In this document: positions 1-9,247 of the stretch, one piece after another
How the letters are laid out: each line of letters starts with the position of its first letter
Position numbering within the stretch: position 1 is the first letter of the stretch
NCBI GenBank assembly: GCA_965261635.1
Contig: OZ253463.1
Coordinates: 555,879-619,878 of the forward strand
Reading direction: 5' to 3'
DNA length: 64,000 nucleotides
Origin: Chloroflexota bacterium
GTDB taxonomy: Bacteria; Chloroflexota; UBA11872; VXOZ01
The notes under the pieces: model-generated
The model's input: the letters and a program-made list of their open reading frames with translations, nothing else
Databases searched by the model: none
Told to the model about the DNA's origin: nothing
Position numbers and translations under genes: made by a program

Positions 1-149
1 TGCCTGCATTCCGCCTCATCGGGCCTTGTCGTGGAACGGGGGCCTGTCCCCGCCTCTTTGCGCCAGGACTGAGCACCATCTTAGGTAAAGGCGCCGACCA
101 CTGCTGCTGGGTCTGCTGTGATTCCACCCGCTGCGACTTCATGATACCT

Positions 150-899
150 CTACCTGGCAAAGAGTGCCGCGGCATTCCCGTAAAGAATCTTGTCGCGCTC
201 GACTTCTGCAATGTCCGCGCCGTAGACCTTTGCCAGTTGCGACGTGAACGACCTGCCCGTCGCATCGCTCCCAAAAACAACACGCCCGGCTCCCAGGTAG
301 CGGACGAGCATTTCAGTATAGCCGTTCGTCGCCTCGTTGCCGCCGATATCCATCAGCACGTTTTGCAGGCCGAGGGCGCACTTCACGCCGTACTCGATAT
401 CGCTGCCGGCATGACCCCACAGAAACGTGACATCAGGATGCCGCAACGCCATCTGCCGCATCTCTTGCGGCGTGGTCTCAGTGGGGAGGGTGCCTGCCAC
501 CTCGATGTTGGTGTGCTGCAGCACCGGCAGACGATACTCAGCGCAGAGGTCGAGGATGGGATGGAGCCGCGGATCGTGCCCTTTTGCCGCCATCCAGAGC
601 TTAACGCCCTGAGGACCCTCGTGGCGCGCGACCCGCTGCCTCAGTTCCGCGCAGGCCGCTTCGCCGTGCGCCGGATTGAGGTACCAGAAGGGTATGACGC
701 GCTGCGGATTCACCTGCGCCGCCGCCTGTGTGCGGTCGTTGCAGGCTGTCACGAATTCTGCCGACGGGAAATGCGGCGAGGCCGTGCCTTCAAGATTGAT
801 CGTGTTCAGGCAGAGCACCATGTCAAGCTGCTCAGCCTGGCGCAGCGCCTGCTCCAACTGCGCGTCCGAGCGGTAATGCACGTGTACGTCAATGACCAT
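150..899 (-). CDS. amidohydrolase-2 family metal-dependent hydrolase (TIM barrel)
   Basis: Minus-strand ORF containing MVIDVHVHY, the amidohydrolase_2 metal-binding HxH signature; an alternative start at 947 adds 16 aa. The + strand ORF 141-959 is its antisense shadow. Confidence 0.65.
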   Translation of the reverse strand: MVIDVHVHYRSDAQLEQALRQAEQLDMVLCLNTINLEGTASPHFPSAEFVTACNDRTQAAAQVNPQRVIPFWYLNPAHGEAACAELRQRVARHEGPQGVKLWMAAKGHDPRLHPILDLCAEYRLPVLQHTNIEVAGTLPTETTPQEMRQMALRHPDVTFLWGHAGSDIEYGVKCALGLQNVLMDIGGNEATNGYTEMLVRYLGAGRVVFGSDATGRSFTSQLAKVYGADIAEVERDKILYGNAAALFAR

Positions 900-1028
900 G
901 GGCAGACTCAATCTAGATCCAGTGACCCGAACGGCCCCGTGGCTCATAATCTATGGTAGCGGCAATCGCCGAGCGTTGCGGGTAGAGTGCGCCGCAGGAT
1001 ATTACAATAGAGATTAGACGGAAGTGCT

Positions 1029-1505
1029 GTGCCGCTGCGAGAGATTACGTGTAAGGAGATGACGGTGGCTGATTCGCTCGACGACATCAAGGAACGCTAT
1101 GAGGCGCTGGATCTGAAGCTGGAAGCTGCCGATCCGGACGTCATAGACCCCGCGTGCCTACTAACTTTTCCGTACGACTATGCCGACAATCCTGCAGAGG
1201 TGGTGATCGAGACCGACGAGTTTACGGCGGTCTGCCCATGGACCGGCTTGCCCGACACCGGCGACTTGACGATTACATACGTGCCGCGCTCGCAATGCAT
1301 TGAGCTCAAGTCGCTCAAGTACTACCTGCTGTTCTACCGGCAGGTCGGCATTGTGCAGGAACATGCCGCCAGCCGCATTCTCAATGATCTCGTGCAGGCG
1401 TGCGGTCCGCGCGCAATAACCGTGTGCTTGGATTATACGCCCCGGGGTGGACTGCACACGGTAGTGACGGTGCGGTATCCGCCTGAGACCTCTGGCGCGG
1501 ATTAG
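1029..1505 (+). CDS. queF: NADPH-dependent 7-cyano-7-deazaguanine (preQ0) reductase, type I QueF
   Basis: 158 aa containing EFTAVCPWTGLPD and SLKYYL, the unimodular QueF/GTP-cyclohydrolase-I-fold signature; Cys in CPW is the catalytic thioimide Cys. Start may instead be ATG 1059 (MTVADS...) directly behind an AAGGAG. Confidence 0.8.
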   Translation: MPLREITCKEMTVADSLDDIKERYEALDLKLEAADPDVIDPACLLTFPYDYADNPAEVVIETDEFTAVCPWTGLPDTGDLTITYVPRSQCIELKSLKYYLLFYRQVGIVQEHAASRILNDLVQACGPRAITVCLDYTPRGGLHTVVTVRYPPETSGAD

Positions 1506-1562
1506 TCTTCGAGGGACTTCTCGCTTGGCGTACCCGCCACCCTCTGCAACCAAACCAAGTGA

Positions 1563-2315
1563 TCAGGCGTCTGCAGTTTCAGCCGCGTTGACGCTCGTCT
1601 CCGGGTCGCCGCCGAAGATGCCGAACGGATTCATAGAGCGCGGCACATCGTATACGTCCATGCGTTCGGTGCGCTTGAGCCAGCCCACCACCAGGTAGGT
1701 CAGCGGCGTGGCGATGATTTCGTAGACCGTCTTTGCGATCCAAGCGAGTATCATCGCGCGGAAGACGTCCATCGCGGGCCAGAGTCCGGAGATGCCGAAG
1801 GCAATGCCGTAGAACATGACCGAGTCGACGCCTTGGCCGACAAACGTAGACGATATGGTGCGGAGCCAAAGATGCCGACCCGCCGTACGGTTCTTGAGAA
1901 CCACCATCACCATGGCATTGGCGAATTCACCCACCAAGTACGCCGCGAATGATCCCATCAAGACCCAGCCGGTCGTGCCCAGAATGGCCTGGTAGGCATC
2001 TTGGTTTTCCCAGAAGACGGCCCCGGGGATGATGCCGCCAAGCCAAAAGAAGATGACCATAACCAGGTTGCAGGCAAAGCCCAGCCAGATTATGCCGCGG
2101 GCGACCCGAAAACCGTACACTTCGGTCAGAATGTCACTGATGATGTAGCTTAGAGGGAAACAGATGACGGCAACGGATACCACGAAACCGGTGCTGCCGA
2201 GGAATTCGAAGGGCAGATCGAAGAGCGAGAGAGGCTTGGCGGCGATCACGTTGCTCACAAGCAGCACGGTGACTGCCAGGGCGGCGATGATGACGAGCTT
2301 ACCGGAAAACCGCAT
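1563..2315 (-). CDS. yhhQ: queuosine-precursor (preQ0/preQ1) transporter, YhhQ/Vut (DUF165) family
   Basis: 250-aa polytopic membrane protein with the SDxxTEVYG motif typical of COG1738/YhhQ; convergent with queF. Confidence 0.55.
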   Translation of the reverse strand: MRFSGKLVIIAALAVTVLLVSNVIAAKPLSLFDLPFEFLGSTGFVVSVAVICFPLSYIISDILTEVYGFRVARGIIWLGFACNLVMVIFFWLGGIIPGAVFWENQDAYQAILGTTGWVLMGSFAAYLVGEFANAMVMVVLKNRTAGRHLWLRTISSTFVGQGVDSVMFYGIAFGISGLWPAMDVFRAMILAWIAKTVYEIIATPLTYLVVGWLKRTERMDVYDVPRSMNPFGIFGGDPETSVNAAETADA

Positions 2316-2371
2316 TGACCCTTAGACCTCCTTGTTGTTGGCGAATTGAGTTTGCCTGACGTGTCGCAGGC

Positions 2372-2401
2372 AGTATAGTGCAAAATGCGCTGTAGGTTCA
2401 A
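2372..2401 (-). promoter_or_regulatory. sigma70-like promoter for yhhQ (-35 TTGAAC, 18-bp spacer, -10 TATACT on minus strand), followed by a ~50-nt leader with a CCTG..CAGG hairpin
   Basis: Read directly from reverse complement of 2340-2405; AAGGAGG RBS 9 nt before ATG. Confidence 0.35.
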
Positions 2402-2496
2402 GGCACGGGGAGTGACCGGGAGTACGCGTGACACCTGGGAAGCGCGACGTAGTGTTGGAATAAACAAAGGCTATCGCCTGTGGGAGGTTTTTCAAC

Positions 2497-4104
2497 GTGG
2501 CAATAGATTCAGGCTTGGTCGGACATTGGACGTTAGACGGTAATTTTGACGATCGCTCGGGTAACGGCAATCACGGGCGGAGCCACGGCGCGGTTGCAAT
2601 GACGCCGCCAAATCCGATCGCCAGCCTGCCGGGAACGGCCCAATTCGACGGTCGCAGTGCGTGCATCACGGTGCCACATAACAAGACTCTGGCGCTAGGC
2701 ACGGCGGACTTCTCCATTGCGGCGTGGGTGAATACGAATCGGATCACGACCGACGTCCCCGGCGATATCCTAAGCAAGTTTTGTGGGACCTCGCGGCGCG
2801 GCTTCAACTTCGGCATTCAGACCGCTGCCGGCGTGGCCTCCTCGCAGAGCAACTGGCGAAACGTTTTCTTTGGAATAGACGATGAGAAAGTAGAGCCTGA
2901 CTGGACTAATAACGGGCGGCCCGGCAACGCGCAGTGCGTCATGGGCCTGGCCGTGCATGCTGGATCGCTCTACGCCGGCACCTATGAGGGCGGCGCAGCC
3001 GAGACCGGGCACGTCTATCGCTTCGCGGGCGGCGCTGCTTGGGAAGCTTGCGGAGCTCCGGCTGACTGCAATGCCGTGAGCACGCTGGCAGTGTACGACG
3101 GCGATCTTTACGCGGGGGTGAGTTGCTACCGCGCGCAGGGCTCCAGTCTGCCGGAGTCGCCGAACCGACGACCGGGCGGCAGCGTCTACCGCTACGCCGG
3201 GGGCAAGGAGTGGGTGGACTGCGGCCAACTCGGTGACGCCGAGGACGTGTTCGGCTTGGCGGTCTATGATGGCGAACTCTATGGCTCGGCCATGTATTCG
3301 GCGGGCATGTTCAAATACGCCGGTGGCAAGACCTGGTTACCGTGCGGCGACCCGGGCACGCGGGTCGCGGTTTTGGGCGTTTTCCAAGGCGGTCTCTACG
3401 CTACGGGCTATGACGTGGGCGGCGTCTTCCGCTATGAGGGCGCACAACGCTGGTCCTTCTGCGGCAATGCGAGCGCTTCAACTCAGCTCTATTCGTTTGC
3501 GTCGTATCGGGGTCTACTCCATACCGGTGTGTGGCCCAGCGGGTCCGTATACCGCCAGGAAGACGGCCTTCCTTGGCTTGATTGCGGACGCTTGGGCGAG
3601 GAGCTGGAAGTCATGGGCATGATGGTCTACAACGGGAAGCTCTACGCCGGCACGCTGCCTACAGGTTCCGTGTATCGCTACGACAGCGAGGGCCAGTGGG
3701 TGTCCACCGGGCAACTCGACACCACGCCGGATGTCAAGTACCGTCGCGCCTGGACCATGGCGGTTTACCAGGGCCGCCTCTTCTGCGGCACGCTGCCGTC
3801 AGGGAACGTGCTCTCGCTGGAAGCGGGCAAGAATGTGACCCACGACCACGCGCTGCCAGGGGGCTGGCATCACCTGACGGCCGTGAGGGCTGATGGATTG
3901 CTGCGGCTTTACGTCGACGGCGCACTAGTTGCAACGTCCCCGCAATTCGAGGCAACCGACTACGACCTATCAACCGAGGAGCCGCTGCACATCGGTTTCG
4001 GCGCCATCGGCCACTTCAGCGGCAGCCTGGGCGACGTGCGCCTCTACAACCGCGCGCTTGCCGACACCGAAGTCACCGCGATCTTCGAGAGACCGCGTCT
4101 GTGA
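2497..4104 (+). CDS. LamG (concanavalin-A-like lectin) domain protein with a nested ~350-aa seven-repeat beta-propeller-like insertion
   Basis: N-terminal LVGHWTLDGNFDDRSGNGNHG...FSIAAWVN and C-terminal WHHLTAV...LYVDG...IGFG...GSLGDVRLYNRALADTEV are the two halves of a Laminin_G_3 domain. Between them are 7 units of ~42 aa (VYRYAGGKEWVDCG...LAVYDGELYAG pattern). No signal peptide. Confidence 0.6.
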   Translation: MAIDSGLVGHWTLDGNFDDRSGNGNHGRSHGAVAMTPPNPIASLPGTAQFDGRSACITVPHNKTLALGTADFSIAAWVNTNRITTDVPGDILSKFCGTSRRGFNFGIQTAAGVASSQSNWRNVFFGIDDEKVEPDWTNNGRPGNAQCVMGLAVHAGSLYAGTYEGGAAETGHVYRFAGGAAWEACGAPADCNAVSTLAVYDGDLYAGVSCYRAQGSSLPESPNRRPGGSVYRYAGGKEWVDCGQLGDAEDVFGLAVYDGELYGSAMYSAGMFKYAGGKTWLPCGDPGTRVAVLGVFQGGLYATGYDVGGVFRYEGAQRWSFCGNASASTQLYSFASYRGLLHTGVWPSGSVYRQEDGLPWLDCGRLGEELEVMGMMVYNGKLYAGTLPTGSVYRYDSEGQWVSTGQLDTTPDVKYRRAWTMAVYQGRLFCGTLPSGNVLSLEAGKNVTHDHALPGGWHHLTAVRADGLLRLYVDGALVATSPQFEATDYDLSTEEPLHIGFGAIGHFSGSLGDVRLYNRALADTEVTAIFERPRL

Positions 4105-4230
4105 TCGGAAGTTCACAACTTTGGGAGAATTGAAGGCCCATTGCCGTGATACAGTTCAATGTAGCTTTCATTGCGTGGGCAATGCCGGTGCTACCGTGTT
4201 CGCGACCAGTTGGCTTAGGAGAAATACGCC

Positions 4231-5160
4231 TTGTCTTGGAATAAGCCTCTACCAGATGTCGAATCCTGGCAGCCGAAAGTCACCAAGGATGTGACCCTTC
4301 GAAACTCCCTAATGGTTACCTGCCAATTCGCGCAGGCGCGCATCATATCTCGTGCCAACGTAGAGATTGAGTTCAATGTACAAAACTTTGATTCTGGTTT
4401 GGGAACAGAGGAAATCGTTCGCGAAGAATTGGCTTGTCTAATGCCGAACCGCTACAGTGTTTCTCCTGGTTTGATAAGCGATCAACTAGGACAAACGGCC
4501 GGAGACTGTGATCTGATTGTGCGGGATCCTAACTGGTCGCCAGTCATAAAGCCGGGAGCGACTAGCGAGTCTCGAAGATTACACTTCCCCGTTGAGGGAG
4601 TCTACGCTGTCACAGAGATCAAGCAGACTCTCAGCCGCAAGGAATTGGATGCGGCTATGAAGAAGCTGGTGAGTCTAAACAGACTCGAACGCCCTAAGCA
4701 TTCTTACGGAAACATAACCGAAAACCAACATATAAAGGAATTCGATATAGATGGGAGGATAGTGAATCCTCTTCACACTACAGTGTTCGCAACCAGGATC
4801 CCACGTCGTACCACCTTTTACGATGTGGTTAAGCGCTTTGGTGAAATAAACGCAGAGCTCAACCGGAAAGACATGGTGAAAATGCTTTGTGTTCTAGGTC
4901 AGGGCACAGCCTGGTACTCGGTCGAGAGTGGCAACCCATACAATGCAAACTACATGAGAGACAGAGATAAACCACTAATCTTGCAGATAAATCATGGAGA
5001 ACCAGAGAATGCATTCTATCGCTACTATGTTGAAATTCTGAGACACTTGACCCTATCCGTGCTTGGGCTTAGTGACCTGTCCTCTTCATACGGTGAACCG
5101 CCACCCCCTAGAGACATTCGTTGCTATCCCGACGCAGCATTCAATAAGGATGAGGCGTAG
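4231..5160 (+). CDS. hypothetical protein with PD-(D/E)xK-like nuclease motif (DCDLIVRD ... VTEIK)
   Basis: 309-aa ORF in the most AT-rich part (~45% GC) of the 4.1-7.2 kb low-GC island; motif-level only, no family recognised. Confidence 0.4.
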   Translation: MSWNKPLPDVESWQPKVTKDVTLRNSLMVTCQFAQARIISRANVEIEFNVQNFDSGLGTEEIVREELACLMPNRYSVSPGLISDQLGQTAGDCDLIVRDPNWSPVIKPGATSESRRLHFPVEGVYAVTEIKQTLSRKELDAAMKKLVSLNRLERPKHSYGNITENQHIKEFDIDGRIVNPLHTTVFATRIPRRTTFYDVVKRFGEINAELNRKDMVKMLCVLGQGTAWYSVESGNPYNANYMRDRDKPLILQINHGEPENAFYRYYVEILRHLTLSVLGLSDLSSSYGEPPPPRDIRCYPDAAFNKDEA

Positions 5161-5359
5161 ATAGGCTTATTCCCGGGGCCTGTTCGGCGGTTTCCGTGCG
5201 CTCCGACTACGGAAGCGTAGCGGCAGAAGTAACTGAACGTACCGGTGAAATTCGCGGCGTCAAGGTGCGCTTCGTCACTGTCAAGGTGGCGGGCCACTCC
5301 GTGGAGCAGGTTCTGTCGTAATATGTCGCTGAGGGGGAGGGCCTTAAGGTCTGATGACC

Positions 5360-6232
5360 TTAAGGCCCTCCCAGTTTGGCTCGTATACCTTCCTCGAACT
5401 CAGTCAGAGTAACGGGAGAGCCACCCGTCAGTCCCTCGGTGGCCCTCTCAAGTGTCGTGATGTGGACACTATCCCTAACAAGCTTAAAGCGTCTGCCGTC
5501 GTCGACTTCTTGGAAGTCTACAGTAAACCACGCAATGTCCCCGTTGGACAGGTCGCCAACCTCCTCCATATGCCCAAGGGATCCGAAAAAGTGCTTGTCA
5601 ACTACTACTGCCATCTTCTTGCCCCATCGACGGAGCGTAGGCACTTTGATCTGCAACTGGGGCATTAGACGCTTCGGGCCGCTACTCCGATAGTCAGGTC
5701 GCCGTATCTGTCTCGGAAAGGGCGGGTGTTCTCCATCATAATCCCTGATGTACCGGAACTCTTCACTCATGCTCCTGCCGGAAAAGTAGACGGCTTGAAT
5801 CTCCAAGGCGCACCAATTCAGTGCTCCCGCACTAGCCTCCTGATCCGCCAGAACCATGTCTATTCGCCCTACGTCGGTGTTTCCATCCTCTGCCCTCAGG
5901 AAGCCAATCTCGGTGGCTATGTCGGGTGCGGAAGTGCCCAAGACGGTTTCGCCCACCCATTGAAAGATCGTCTTGTCCTCTTCAAATCGCCGTGGACAAA
6001 GCACCCTCAATCCGGCCTCTGCACCCGATTCAGGAATCGCCACTCCGTCGGCATCCTCGTACGATCTGAATGAACAGACACCGCCCTTCTTCGTGCACTT
6101 TCCTCCACCCATACGAAAGGGACATGGGTGGGAACCGGTTCCGGTGGCATACGCGCGCCGTTCGTCTCGCGTTAGACTGACGAATGAATGTCCGTACCAC
6201 TCCCCAATGCCGAAGCGTCGAGGCCGAGTCAT
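5360..6232 (-). CDS. Type II restriction endonuclease, NotI-family fold (Cys-rich Fe-binding N-terminus + PD-(D/E)xK core)
   Basis: TGTGSHPCPF...GGKCTKKGGVCS matches the NotI ATGTCPF...SCVK...GVC metal-binding segment, and ALEIQAVYFSGRS matches NotI's LEIQTMDFHGSY. Start overlaps the upstream MTase stop by 4 nt. Confidence 0.55.
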   Translation of the reverse strand: MTRPRRFGIGEWYGHSFVSLTRDERRAYATGTGSHPCPFRMGGGKCTKKGGVCSFRSYEDADGVAIPESGAEAGLRVLCPRRFEEDKTIFQWVGETVLGTSAPDIATEIGFLRAEDGNTDVGRIDMVLADQEASAGALNWCALEIQAVYFSGRSMSEEFRYIRDYDGEHPPFPRQIRRPDYRSSGPKRLMPQLQIKVPTLRRWGKKMAVVVDKHFFGSLGHMEEVGDLSNGDIAWFTVDFQEVDDGRRFKLVRDSVHITTLERATEGLTGGSPVTLTEFEEGIRAKLGGP

Positions 6233-7185
6233 GGTGTTAGCTCGCGGGATGTGATGAGTAACTCGTACATCACCGCGTGGTGCGTATTCTTCATTGGAAT
6301 CTTGGCCAGGTGGAATCCTCGCCTGAGCGCCATGTCAATTACGTCGGGACTCTCGTCGTAGGTCATCATGAAAACACCTCGTACCCGCGACACACGCTCG
6401 AACAGGTCCTCGTGGTCGATCTCGTTGTACGTATACAGACGCCTTCCCGCCCGCTTGCCCGCGGCGGTGTAGGGAGGGTCGATGAAGAACGCGGCTGCCA
6501 CGTTGTCCTTGCACAATTCTACGAGGCGCACACCATCTCCTTGGAAGAAGTCGAATCGGTCGGCATAGTTCCCTATGGCGCGAATGCGGGCTGCTAGAGT
6601 GTCGGCGTACCAGCGGGAGGAGATTCCATGACCGTTCTCTCCCTGCTTCATCACCGAGGCGCCCTTGGCCATGATGCCGCCCCGACTGACCCTATTCCGC
6701 AACAGGGTCTGAAAGGCGGCGTCCATTCCGGATGCCCCGGCATCCTCGAACACAGTGATTACGTTCTCTGAAGTCGCTACGAAACCCTCGACGCGCCGAG
6801 CCAATTCCTCGGGGTCGTCGAGCATGCACTGCCAGAGATTGGCTATGTCTGGGTCCCTCTCGCATAGTACTGCACGATCCACATAACCTTCCATGACGGC
6901 CGTTAGGGATGCGATTCCACCACCGGCAAATGGCTCGACGAATACTTCTGGGCGGAAGTCGAGCCCTGCCAGATACTTCCGTATTTCGGGCACAAGCCAT
7001 GTCTTGCCGCCTGGATAGCGCAAAGGGCTTCGCTGCGGGACCGACGAGACGTTTATGGCCGTGTCGGATAGCACCGGAATCGCCCGCGCGTCATCCGGCT
7101 CGACGCCGCCTCCGGCACGCTCCTCCGTAAAAGAGGTCGCATCGCTTTGGCTGAATGAAAACAAGTCCGTTGGAGGCTTTGTCAT
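6229..7185 (-). CDS. DNA N6-adenine methyltransferase, Dam-like (D12 class)
   Basis: RYPGGK, EPFAGGG (motif I) and DPPY (motif IV) in D12-class order; first gene of a two-gene R-M operon. Confidence 0.8.
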   Translation of the reverse strand: MTKPPTDLFSFSQSDATSFTEERAGGGVEPDDARAIPVLSDTAINVSSVPQRSPLRYPGGKTWLVPEIRKYLAGLDFRPEVFVEPFAGGGIASLTAVMEGYVDRAVLCERDPDIANLWQCMLDDPEELARRVEGFVATSENVITVFEDAGASGMDAAFQTLLRNRVSRGGIMAKGASVMKQGENGHGISSRWYADTLAARIRAIGNYADRFDFFQGDGVRLVELCKDNVAAAFFIDPPYTAAGKRAGRRLYTYNEIDHEDLFERVSRVRGVFMMTYDESPDVIDMALRRGFHLAKIPMKNTHHAVMYELLITSRELTP

Positions 7186-7687
7186 TGGCGGTTTTCGTAC
7201 TCTTCAGAATAGTTGAGAGCACTGTCCCAAGTTCTCTTCGATCTGTGCTGCAACTCTCTTTTGATCTTGTCTCGTATCATCCACAACAGTTGTGTTGAAG
7301 TCAAGGTGTCGTGTAGCCACTTGCTGGTGGTAACCTAGCTACGCACATAAGCCCTCTTCACGGGGTGACGGAATGTCGGGACCGCTGGTGGTGTGTTGTC
7401 CGTGCACAGGAGAAGAGTGCGGCCGCAAGTTCCGTTTTGCATGAGCGAATTGCAGGGAGCATTCACTCTTGCAAGAGCAGCCAGGCTACCAGAGTGTTCA
7501 CGAAGGCGTCGCCGTAGCCGGGGGCATGGCTGCTGCCCGCGTCCAGCCAAACGGCAAACGTGCTTGGCCCCGAATCTTGGGACTAGGACAGGGTCGCGGC
7601 GAGTAAGGCTCGAACTCGGCGACTAAGACAGTACGCGGCGAGTAAGACAGGAACGCCAAGACGGGAAGGCAGAGTCCGGCGTGTCGG

Positions 7688-9001
7688 CTACGCTTGGGCT
7701 CGGGCCATGCGCAAACGGGCCAGAGGTTTGTCATTGATCGGCAGGTGCACTAAGGCGGCGAATAGGCCGAAGCCGACTCCCGCCCACCACATGGCGTCAT
7801 AGGAACCTGTGCGGTCGTAGAGCAATCCGCCCAACCACACGCCAAGAAAGCCACCGACCTGATGGCTCAGAAAGACGATGCCAAACAGGGTGGCCATGAA
7901 CTTGAGCCCGAACATCTGCGCCACTATGCCCGTGGTCAAAGGCACCGTTGAGAGCCAAAGCAGTCCCATTGACGCCGCAAATAGATAGACTGTCAGTTCG
8001 TTGGCCGGGGCGAGCAGCAGTCCCAAGATGATCAACGCCCGACCGGAATAGATGGCGGAAAGACCGAGCTTCTTGGAGTATCGTTGCCCAAACGCTCCTG
8101 ACAGCAGTGAACCGATGATGTTGAACAGGCCTACTATGGAGAGCGCGTATGCGCCTGCGCGCGCCGAGAGACCGAGATCGGTCACGTATGTGGGGAAATG
8201 TACGGTGATAAACGCAACATGGAACCCGCACACGAAGAAACCCGCCGTTAGGAGCAGGAAGCTCCGATGACGCATTGCCTCGCCCAAGGCATTGGTCAGG
8301 CCCTGGTCCGATGCCGGTTCTCCTCTTGATTGCGAGCCGCTTGGAAGGGTGAACGCCAGAGGGACCAAAACCAAGGCCACGACAGACATTACCAATAGGG
8401 AGTCGTACCAGCCGTAACGGGATATCAGGGTCTGATTGATCGGAGAAAAGAGCACTTGGCCCAGGGATCCTGCGGCGGTGCCAAGCCCCAACGCCATGGA
8501 CCGCCGTTCCGGCCCGATAATACGGGCAACGGCCGCCAGCACGAGGGAGTACGAGCAGAAGGCCACTCCCAATCCAACGAGAACTCCTCCGGTCAGGAAT
8601 AGTGCGAGCCCGCTGTCAGACATCGCCATTCCGGCAATGCCAATAGCGTATACCGCCGCTCCCAGGGCGACTACCCTGGCCGTACCGAACCGGTCCGCAA
8701 TCGCTCCGGCTACCGGTACGCCAATGCCCCACAACAGATTCTGGATCGCCAGCGCCAGCGAAAAGGTCTCCCGCGACCAGCCGTTCTCACTTGTCATCGG
8801 CGCCAGATAGAGGCCGAAGCTGGACCGGATTCCGAACCCGATGAGAGAGATCAGACATGCCGCCGCGATCACCGCCGGCACGGTAAGGCGTCCGGAAAAA
8901 ACGTTTGTGGAGGTAAGGCTCAAGAGAGTTTGCTCTGCAGCAATTAATCGTGGCGGCGGGCGCGAAGTTCGAGCGTTCGCAGCCGACGGTTCACCCTGCA
9001 T
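7688..9001 (-). CDS. MFS transporter
   Basis: 437 aa, 12 predicted hydrophobic helices, MFS loop motifs (GxxADRxGxR-like, GAIADRFGTAR). Confidence 0.8.
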   Translation of the reverse strand: MQGEPSAANARTSRPPPRLIAAEQTLLSLTSTNVFSGRLTVPAVIAAACLISLIGFGIRSSFGLYLAPMTSENGWSRETFSLALAIQNLLWGIGVPVAGAIADRFGTARVVALGAAVYAIGIAGMAMSDSGLALFLTGGVLVGLGVAFCSYSLVLAAVARIIGPERRSMALGLGTAAGSLGQVLFSPINQTLISRYGWYDSLLVMSVVALVLVPLAFTLPSGSQSRGEPASDQGLTNALGEAMRHRSFLLLTAGFFVCGFHVAFITVHFPTYVTDLGLSARAGAYALSIVGLFNIIGSLLSGAFGQRYSKKLGLSAIYSGRALIILGLLLAPANELTVYLFAASMGLLWLSTVPLTTGIVAQMFGLKFMATLFGIVFLSHQVGGFLGVWLGGLLYDRTGSYDAMWWAGVGFGLFAALVHLPINDKPLARLRMARAQA

Positions 9002-9247
9002 CTAACTATACACGCGTGGAGTTCGTTGCTACAGCGGGACGGTAAGCGGTACGGGTTTCCACAACCACTGGGTGTAGTATATTGAAACTGGGCGAGTTTT
9101 GAATAACGCAATGAGGCGTCCTTGGATAAACGATGCCAATACCTGTTTCCCTTAGGAAACCATTGCATTACCCAGCCAGGCCAGGCGAGAATACCCCCTC
9201 TCCCGTCAAGGAGAATGGTCCTCATCCCCAGTTAGCAGAGCGGACAG

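Noticed and set aside
141-959. 272-aa + strand ORF
   Set aside because: Antisense shadow of the amidohydrolase gene (150-899, minus), which carries the recognisable VIDVHVH motif; high-GC DNA yields long spurious antisense ORFs.
2316-2420. preQ1 riboswitch upstream of yhhQ, and likewise 960-1060 upstream of queF
   Set aside because: Leader has a 4-bp CCTG/CAGG hairpin and an A/C-rich tract, but the 28-nt tail before the SD and the loop do not fit the preQ1-I consensus; cannot be supported without cmsearch.
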